Positions 47,595 to 55,246 of a stretch of DNA of 64,000 bases are shown one piece after another. Position 1 is the first letter of the stretch; every line of letters begins with the position of its first letter. The position numbers were made by a program, and so were the translations under genes. The stretch is taken from positions 124,001 through 188,000 of the forward strand of contig JAUPSS010000004.1 in NCBI GenBank assembly GCA_040285825.1. Reading direction: 5' to 3'. The notes under the pieces were generated by a model. It saw nothing but the letters and a program-made list of their open reading frames with translations. It ran no database searches and was not told the DNA's origin. The stretch is from Eukaryota sp. TZLM1-RC. Its lineage: Eukaryota > Protista > Metamonada: BaSk clade.

Positions 47595-47867
47595 ATAGGG
47601 AACGTGAGCATACAGAAACAAAAACTTTTGAGACCGATCTACAAATACCTTAGTAGCATTTGGTAGATCCACTTAGATACATCAAGTCGCGAGGCTTTGT
47701 TCTGTGAAAGCAGTAGGTGTATTTAAGTGAGGTAGCCCATTGATGAAGATCATGATTGTCTTTGTCAAATGATGCTACATGTCTCTTACAGCCTGTGAGT
47801 AGACATTGAGAAAGTTGAAAACAGGAGTGAATTTCACAGGGGAATGCATGATAAGTGAAATTCACAG
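47595..47867 (+). ncRNA. Candidate omegaRNA scaffold of the Fanzor, ending at the transposon right end
   Basis: Non-coding, conserved in the second copy, with hairpins at 47636-47669 (GATCTAC..GTAGATC) and 47779-47806. Its position between the stop codon and the element end fits TnpB/Fanzor architecture. Confidence 0.7.
47824..47867 (-). repeat. Right terminal inverted repeat, followed by TA
   Basis: Contains two AGTGAA(T/A)TTCACAG subrepeats and is inverted relative to 39526-39571; TA at 47868-47869. Confidence 0.8.
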
Positions 47868-47882
47868 TAGATTACTTCTTTG

Positions 47883-50800
47883 ATGCGTCCCTCTAACCGA
47901 TCTCGAGAACGTCCTCATCGCCCGCGAGGCGGGCGTCAGGGGCGTTCCCGGGGATCTTCAAAACGAGGTTCTTCCCGTCTAAGCAATTCAGACGAGTTTG
48001 CTACCTTCTTCAGAGATTCCATAAACAATGGTGATCTTCAAAGTTCAATCAATCGCCTTATTCACGAAGATCATTATTCATCGCCACTGAAAACCATCCT
48101 CAACAGCTCTTATTCTCTGGGAGCAGTATCACGCCGCTCCTGCTTGAGCATCCAACGTGTTGCTGCGGGATTCCTCAGGCTCCTCAGCAAGGATGACTGC
48201 CATTGCATTTCTCTCCTTCCTCCAATACAGAGGGATACTGTGCTCAATGAACTCCTTAATACTCCCTTCTTCGTCAATGTTCTCCACGCCCTCCACTCTT
48301 CTCCTAACGCTGACCTAACTGAATATGCCGCTAGACCGGAAGATTATACACCTTATTCCTTTGAGGAACTTCTGCTATTGATCTGCGGCATTATCAACAC
48401 CATTCTCTCCTCTATTCAAGGTTCTGCAGGGAGAGACGTGCTGACTGAGTGGATCATGAACATAAGACAAGTGGTTGGTAAACTTGAAAGAAAAGGTTTG
48501 GTTTCCAGTGTCGAATTAATTAGCCAAATAGAGAAATATGTTTGCTCTTTTGAAAAAATGCAAGATACTTATGAAGAAACAACTCAAAACACCAACCTTA
48601 TTCACCAGTTCAACTCTCTCTCCATTCCTAGTAATTCTACCATCAATATAGATCCTTCTGGCCCTGAACATTATTCAGTCAATGGCACTCCTAGACACGA
48701 TAATGATAAAGTTGATTATAGAACCATTCAAGTATTACCCACAAATAGCGAAGTCAGCTCCGTTTACTCTGAGTGTGAAGTTCCATGGCTACCTCATACT
48801 ATGAAAAGCCCAAGGTTTGAGTTTGCCAATCAAATTGATTGTCTTTTAGATCGTTGCTTTAGACTCTATCGTCATGAACTTTTGTATCCTTTTACTTTGG
48901 CTTTGGCTACTATTACTGCTGGTCTTGGTGAAGACCAAAATCAAACTCTCCCTTCAGATTCAGAAAAGGACCAATTAAAGTCTTGGTTTGTTTCTCAACT
49001 GACGAAGAGAGTTTCTTACATAAAGGATATTCAAAATCCTGGCTTTTCTGATTCAATTTCTTTATCGGTAATGTATGGTGTGGAGTTACACACAGTTAAG
49101 GCTGATATTAAAATGGGGATAATGTTGAATATTTCTTTTGATTTTCCATCAAATGTTGCGGCTAAAAATAGGGCAAAATGGCTAAAGGACAGGGGAGACC
49201 GAGTTTATGCTAATACTCAATTAGGAATTTATTTTGATGGGGCATCTTTATCATATTTTTTGTTAAGTCCATGTAAACTCCCTCAAATGGCACCTTGTAA
49301 AAGGAGAATTAGTCTTAATTGTACTGTCCCCCAATCAGAATACCCAAGACTGATGACGTGTCTTGGGTCAATAATGGGAAGAAAACAGAAGACTTCACAG
49401 TATTTGTTCCTTGTTCCTTCTGTTTTTTACCCAATGATTTTCCCTATTCTAAATGGTCTGCAAAAACTTAATGAACAGTCCTTTGCATTACCCCAAATAA
49501 TTGCCAGTCAGGACTGGGAAAGTTTGAACGTACCAAATTACTTAGCCAATCAGCAACTAAATATTAGTTGCTTATTCAAAGAAGGCTTTGTCACACCTGA
49601 AACTTGTTCTATTAATGATTTGGGGACATTAAAAGAAGCAATTCCTCCTGACTCAACTTGGTTAGACCCCACCCAATTGGATTCATTAATTCATTGTTTA
49701 ACTAATAATGTGGCTTTAATTGAAGGGTTTCCCGGCACTGGTAAAAGTTATTTGGGAGAAAAATTAGTTGAATTATTAATGAATCAACCATTCTGTAGAG
49801 GCATGCCTATAATGGTTCTTTGTTATACTAACCATGCAGCAGATCAGTTTTTGCTTGGCCTTGTTGAACAAAAAATTGTTCATTTAATGGACATCGTAAA
49901 GCTAGGAACAACAACAAAGCATGACGTGTTAAAATCAAGATTATTGTCCACTATTTCCAAAGATACTGGAAGGATCAATTCCAAAAGTACTGTTTTTAAT
50001 TTGAAAAATAAGTTTAAGAGAATTGACTCGGATTTAGAAAAGTTCATTTCCTCAAGACAATTCCTCTTACACTTCAGTTTCATCAAAGATCAGCTCAAAG
50101 CTTCCAATCCCTTTGCATCAAGGGAGTCAATATTGGAGGATTCGCGATTAGGACCTTTCTTCAAGTTTATTGGAATTTTACAAAATGATGATGGTTTTCT
50201 ACATCAAGGGAGGCCTCAAGCACGGTATAAACGGTTTATTTCTGAGATGGTCAGTTATATTAAACAAAATTTTCCCACACTAACCCGGTTTTTACCTGCT
50301 GCCTCTTTGGTAAACTTTCCAAATTCCAAACCATGCCCCTATTATTTTGTTAAAAATAATTGTTCCCGTGATGACTGTCATCTCTCTCACGACGCTGAAT
50401 GGGCTCAATTTGGTCAGTTTTTCTGCTATTCTTGGATGACAAAAGGGTCTTGTACCGACTCTCAGTGTCCTTGTAAAGCTGGTCATTTATCTAGATTTTT
50501 ACCCCAAATGGAATTTCCTTCAACATCCCCCACCATTCCTTGTCCTTTTCATATTATCAAAGGAAAGTGTGAAAACGATGAAAGATGTAGGTGGTCCCAT
50601 GATGAGGTTTGGAGAAGGTTTAAAAGATTTTTGTGTTTTCACTGGATCCTTCATGGAAACTGCCAAAAGGGAAACCAATGTCCTCAATCAATTGGCCATG
50701 TTCCAACACTTAGTCGAATTTCAGTAGAACCTGTTGAAGAGAGTGATTATGAAGTAGAAGTGCCGGATTCAGAGCTCCCAGGTTTGAGTTCAGATGTTGT

Positions 50801-53800
50801 TGAATCTTTAAAGTTTATTGATAATTATTTAGATCAAACCAATCAATATTTAGATTTCTATGATCAACCAATGGAAGTTAGAATTGCTCAATATTTAAAG
50901 GTTCGATTGTTTTTACTTGAGAAAAGTCTCAAAAAGTTTCAAGGCATTTTTGACGAGGTAGCTGACATCTCCCATCACTTTTCCCTTGCTAATTTCCAGG
51001 ATGACTTGGCTCACGCTAGGAAAGCAAAAGTAATTGGCCTAACCACATCTGTCGCTGCCAAGCAAATTGAATTAATTCAAGCGATTGCACCCAAGATTGT
51101 GATTATTGAAGAGGCAGGGGAGATCCTAGAGCCACATTTGGTCTGTGCATTGAACAAATCAATCGAACACGTGATAATGATTGGTGATGTCAAGCAACTA
51201 AGACCAAAAATCAACATTTTTGAGCTGAAAGGAGAATCTGGAAAAGGATATGATCTTGATTGTAGTACTTTTGAACGACTTATTAAGGCGAATTTCCCTT
51301 TTTGCTCATTGCAAACCCAGTATAGAATGCGACCTACTATTTCCTCTTTAATTAAACCATTCTACCCTGATATCACCATTACTGATGGTCCCAATACTCT
51401 GGAATACCCAGATGTTAGCGGAATGGTTCACAATTTGGCTTGGTTTGACCATGATTACCCTGAAGATGGGGATGGTGATGCCATGTCTAGATCCAAGACA
51501 AACAAATTTGAGGCTGAAATGGCCGTGAATTTGGCTATTTATTTACTAAATCATGGTTATTCTGGTGGTAGGATTACCATTTTAACTCCTTATTTGGGGC
51601 AATTGTACCTTATTTTGCAAATTTTACGCCAAACAAATATTAATATTGTACTAAATGAATTTGATTCTGAAGCAGTTCAACAATTAGATGATGAAGAAGA
51701 GAATCAAAGTGACCAAGAATGTGATCAATCAAACCCCCAATCAAACTCCCAATCAAAGTCCACAGTCTTGACTGGTCAATCTTCAAGTCACGTCAACATT
51801 GCCACTGTTGATACCTACCAAGGCCTTCAAGCTGATATTATTATATTTTCCTCTGTTCGTTGTAATGATCAGGGCAGTATTGGGTTCCAAAAGTTCAACA
51901 ACCGAATGAATGTGGCCCTTTCAAGAGCTCGCCATGGCATGTATATCATTGGAAATACCCTCACAATTGAGAAATTTCAAGCAAAACAACTTGCTAAGGG
52001 TAATAATAATTTTGTCTTTATAAGTAATGTTTTAAGTATAATGAAATCTCGAAATTTGGTTTTCAATTATATTGAAACTATTTGTCCAATCCATCAAATG
52101 ACCAATCAAATTTCTGATCAAAATGATTGGAAGAATGTCATCGGTGGTGGTTGCCAAGAACGTTGTAATTCCCGACTCGCTTGTGGTCACGTTTGCAAAT
52201 ACAAATGCCACGTGTCAGATTCCAGCCATTTAAATGTCAATTGTAACGAACCTTGTGCTAGATTGTGTCCTAGAGGGCATGCTTGTAACCTCAAATGTTT
52301 TGAAAATTGTAAATGTGTACAACCAATCACTCTTTCCCAGCCCAATTGCAACCATACCATCACTGTAGCTTGCCATGCTTCCTTTGATGAAGATAAGTTA
52401 CCTAAATGCAAGGTCAGGGTTAGAATTACTTTGCCTTTCTGTGGTCATTCAGTTGATGTAGCATGTCATGAAGCTCAATTGTTATTGAAAGGGGAATTCA
52501 AAAATGTTTGCACGAGTATTTGTGGTTGTGAATTAGAATGTGGCCATAAGTGTCTTAGTTCTTGTGGTGAGTGCTGTAGTCTATCTAAAACCGCAATTGA
52601 GGACAATTTCCACATTCCAAGAATCATTCCTAGAATCAATCATCCTAAGTGTCAGTCTCCATGTACAAAATTGCTTGATTGTGGCCACGAATGTTCCAAA
52701 CAACAGTGCCATGACCGAAGAGACTGTCCTCCATGTGAGAGTCAATGTAAAGCGGCTTGCATTCACCACCAATGTAAGGAAAAGTGCAAGGAACTCTGCG
52801 TGCCTTGTATTGAGCTCTGTGGTTGGTATTGCAAACATCAAGGTAGATGCAAACTCCCTTGCTCGTCACCTTGTAACAGAACTCCTTGCGATCTAAGATG
52901 TTCAATGGTTTTGGAATGTGGATGTCAGTGTCCAGGGCTATGTGGTGAAGCTTGTCCTTCAAGTGATTACTGTCAGAAATGCGGTAATAAAGGGGATGTC
53001 AGGGTGGATTTAATTGAAGGTAGAAGTTATTCAGAAATTGATTTAGACATTGATCGAGTTATTTTCCTTTCTTGTGGTCATTTTTACACCCTTGAAACAC
53101 TGGATGGTTTGCTTCAATTTAGTCTTTTCTATGACACTTCTACTTCTCCCTCCGGTATTTTACCTTTCCCTTCTCAGCTGCCTGATGATTTCAATCCTCA
53201 ATGTATTGATTGCAGGCAACCAATTAGGGGAGTATTTAGGTATGGCAGAATTGTGAACACTTTGGATCTTTGTAAGTTGCAAAAGAAGCATTTCCTCTAT
53301 GTAATGCATCATTTACCAAAGGTTCATTCTTTATATCAGAATCGATTTAATGCATTCCAACATAATCCAAGTTTTAAAGGTTTGACTTTTTTATTGAAAC
53401 TAAGTCATTTTACACCTCGTGTGGCCAAGCGTGTTGAGTCATTAAAACGTGTCAAGGAAGCTGCTCTATCCTTTTGTCAACGCAATAGTATTAATTCAAA
53501 TGAAGTGTTTTTAGCTAGTGAATTACCAGTAATCAGAAGTGAAATTGAAATGTCAAAGTTGTTTTTAAAACTTTATTCTGTTGAGGTTTTAGTTTGTGCC
53601 AGCGCAAAAATAGGGAATTCCCTTTCAATTGATGAAACTAATTTGAAGACAGTTTTGAATATTATATGCAAAAAATTCGGAATACAGAGTTCTGAGATTC
53701 ATGAAAAGATTGCACCTGAAAATTTCCAGTTTGTTTTGATGAATTATGCCCTTCAAGGTTTGGATCTTATCTTCGTCACTTTTGAAGATCTCAAAACACT

Positions 53801-54272
53801 TGATATAATGCCAGTCAAGTTTCACCACTTTGTTAAGGAAGTTTGCAGTATTTTACTTCGAATTTGCACTTTTCTACAAAATATTAATTTTTCTGCCAAT
53901 GTTAATTCAATCCTGGCATCTGTTGAACATTGGTTCTTGGACAATTCACCTTGTCAAAAGTTTTTGGATGATTTTAATGATATTAAGAGGAAAGTTATAA
54001 CTGAAGTTGACCTTGATGAAGTTCAGTCTGTAATCAAAGCACTTGGTTATAGTTTTGATTCAAAGCGTAGTGGATTTGGCAGGTTTAATTTTTGCCCTAA
54101 TGGACATCCCTATGTTATAGGTGATTGCGGAGGAGCAACCCAAACTGCCAGGTGTTCCTGTGGTGCTACCATTGGGGGAAGTGGACATGTGTTGCTCAGA
54201 GATAATGAAAGAGGTGGTAGTGCAAAGGAGTTTGCAGAGAAGATTGTTGCTAGAAGTATGGGACAGGGGTAA
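47883..54272 (+). CDS. ZNFX1: ZNFX1/Hrr1-like SF1 (Upf1-like) RNA helicase with NFX1-type zinc fingers and C-terminal RZ finger
   Basis: RHDND..YRTIQVLPT, LDRCFRLYRHE, IEGFPGTGKS, CYTNHAADQFL, IIEEAGEILE, QYRMRP, VDTYQG, NVALSRARHG; many CGH.C..CH repeats; CPNGHPYVIGDCGGA..C.CGATIGG.GH. Confidence 0.92.
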   Translation: MRPSNRSRERPHRPRGGRQGRSRGSSKRGSSRLSNSDEFATFFRDSINNGDLQSSINRLIHEDHYSSPLKTILNSSYSLGAVSRRSCLSIQRVAAGFLRLLSKDDCHCISLLPPIQRDTVLNELLNTPFFVNVLHALHSSPNADLTEYAARPEDYTPYSFEELLLLICGIINTILSSIQGSAGRDVLTEWIMNIRQVVGKLERKGLVSSVELISQIEKYVCSFEKMQDTYEETTQNTNLIHQFNSLSIPSNSTINIDPSGPEHYSVNGTPRHDNDKVDYRTIQVLPTNSEVSSVYSECEVPWLPHTMKSPRFEFANQIDCLLDRCFRLYRHELLYPFTLALATITAGLGEDQNQTLPSDSEKDQLKSWFVSQLTKRVSYIKDIQNPGFSDSISLSVMYGVELHTVKADIKMGIMLNISFDFPSNVAAKNRAKWLKDRGDRVYANTQLGIYFDGASLSYFLLSPCKLPQMAPCKRRISLNCTVPQSEYPRLMTCLGSIMGRKQKTSQYLFLVPSVFYPMIFPILNGLQKLNEQSFALPQIIASQDWESLNVPNYLANQQLNISCLFKEGFVTPETCSINDLGTLKEAIPPDSTWLDPTQLDSLIHCLTNNVALIEGFPGTGKSYLGEKLVELLMNQPFCRGMPIMVLCYTNHAADQFLLGLVEQKIVHLMDIVKLGTTTKHDVLKSRLLSTISKDTGRINSKSTVFNLKNKFKRIDSDLEKFISSRQFLLHFSFIKDQLKASNPFASRESILEDSRLGPFFKFIGILQNDDGFLHQGRPQARYKRFISEMVSYIKQNFPTLTRFLPAASLVNFPNSKPCPYYFVKNNCSRDDCHLSHDAEWAQFGQFFCYSWMTKGSCTDSQCPCKAGHLSRFLPQMEFPSTSPTIPCPFHIIKGKCENDERCRWSHDEVWRRFKRFLCFHWILHGNCQKGNQCPQSIGHVPTLSRISVEPVEESDYEVEVPDSELPGLSSDVVESLKFIDNYLDQTNQYLDFYDQPMEVRIAQYLKVRLFLLEKSLKKFQGIFDEVADISHHFSLANFQDDLAHARKAKVIGLTTSVAAKQIELIQAIAPKIVIIEEAGEILEPHLVCALNKSIEHVIMIGDVKQLRPKINIFELKGESGKGYDLDCSTFERLIKANFPFCSLQTQYRMRPTISSLIKPFYPDITITDGPNTLEYPDVSGMVHNLAWFDHDYPEDGDGDAMSRSKTNKFEAEMAVNLAIYLLNHGYSGGRITILTPYLGQLYLILQILRQTNINIVLNEFDSEAVQQLDDEEENQSDQECDQSNPQSNSQSKSTVLTGQSSSHVNIATVDTYQGLQADIIIFSSVRCNDQGSIGFQKFNNRMNVALSRARHGMYIIGNTLTIEKFQAKQLAKGNNNFVFISNVLSIMKSRNLVFNYIETICPIHQMTNQISDQNDWKNVIGGGCQERCNSRLACGHVCKYKCHVSDSSHLNVNCNEPCARLCPRGHACNLKCFENCKCVQPITLSQPNCNHTITVACHASFDEDKLPKCKVRVRITLPFCGHSVDVACHEAQLLLKGEFKNVCTSICGCELECGHKCLSSCGECCSLSKTAIEDNFHIPRIIPRINHPKCQSPCTKLLDCGHECSKQQCHDRRDCPPCESQCKAACIHHQCKEKCKELCVPCIELCGWYCKHQGRCKLPCSSPCNRTPCDLRCSMVLECGCQCPGLCGEACPSSDYCQKCGNKGDVRVDLIEGRSYSEIDLDIDRVIFLSCGHFYTLETLDGLLQFSLFYDTSTSPSGILPFPSQLPDDFNPQCIDCRQPIRGVFRYGRIVNTLDLCKLQKKHFLYVMHHLPKVHSLYQNRFNAFQHNPSFKGLTFLLKLSHFTPRVAKRVESLKRVKEAALSFCQRNSINSNEVFLASELPVIRSEIEMSKLFLKLYSVEVLVCASAKIGNSLSIDETNLKTVLNIICKKFGIQSSEIHEKIAPENFQFVLMNYALQGLDLIFVTFEDLKTLDIMPVKFHHFVKEVCSILLRICTFLQNINFSANVNSILASVEHWFLDNSPCQKFLDDFNDIKRKVITEVDLDEVQSVIKALGYSFDSKRSGFGRFNFCPNGHPYVIGDCGGATQTARCSCGATIGGSGHVLLRDNERGGSAKEFAEKIVARSMGQG

Positions 54273-55246
54273 TGGCAGTTTGGTAATAAATGTTTGTTTT
54301 TGAATTTGCTTTATTTTATATTTTTTAATTCATCATTAGGTTTTGATGGAATTTTACAATGCAAATATTAATTGCCGCATACAGTTACAGCAAATTCTGA
54401 TCTAGATTATTTAAAATTTGAACCTTGGTGGGTAGTTTTTTCTTTATTCTACATGAATCAAATTTCTAAATTGCTGGTTATATTGAATCTCACAAATGCC
54501 AAAACAGACAGCCCTTATGGATGAAATTCATTGAACGTTGATTTCCGTTACAAAATCATGTTGTTCGTTTTCTTGCTTCAGCTAATCTAATTCAGAAGAA
54601 AAACCGTGGTATCTGATGTTGAAGGTTTCAGAAATTTATCAATTCTTTTCATTGATATTTACCCCATTTTATTGGACTTTTCAAAATATTTTCTGCTCCT
54701 ACTGATAGTTCTACTTTCAATAAATATGTGACAGTACAAGTTATTGGCTTCTATCAGCATTAGCTTCCATAACTGTATAATCATTTTGCCTTTGAATTTC
54801 TTGTAATTTGAAGTAAAGTGCCCAAATTAATCAATTTTGTTTGGTGCACCAGAATTTCATTTTAAGCATTAGAGAAGACAAAGTCAACAACTTCAGAATT
54901 ATGAAGTCAATCACGGTATATGTCGCCCGTGTCATACGAAGCAAACTTGATAAGCAATAATGTTCTTTTCAACACAGGACCTTTGAAATTTCGTATTTAT
55001 AATTATTAGTAAAATTATCGTTTTAATTTGTTGTTGTATTTTTTTTTTCAATTGTTATCAACAGAGATTATATGAACTTTTCCTATAGAATTTGGTGGCA
55101 GTTGCGGTGATTCCAGTGCTCTTATCTGTGTATATCCAGTTCTTCATTTGTTGGCAAAATGAATTATTGGAAATTAAATGGGATGTTAAAATTAAAGTGA
55201 TAAACAACACACCAACAGGTCTCCTCTCAATTCACCTTGTTCCTCA

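Noticed and set aside
47826-47867. AGTGAATTTCACAG-14 nt-AGTGAAATTCACAG as a mini CRISPR-like repeat-spacer-repeat
   Set aside because: The intervening 14 nt are conserved in the TIR at 39526-39571, so these are TIR subrepeats, not a variable spacer.
47850-47872. Helitron-type 3' hairpin and CTRR end for the Fanzor element
   Set aside because: The end reads GTAG rather than CTRR, and the matching TA-flanked inverted repeat favours IS630/Tc1.
7202-54272. Argonaute and ZNFX1 as an RNAi gene cluster
   Set aside because: They are 38 kb apart with unrelated genes between; no evidence of linkage beyond chance.
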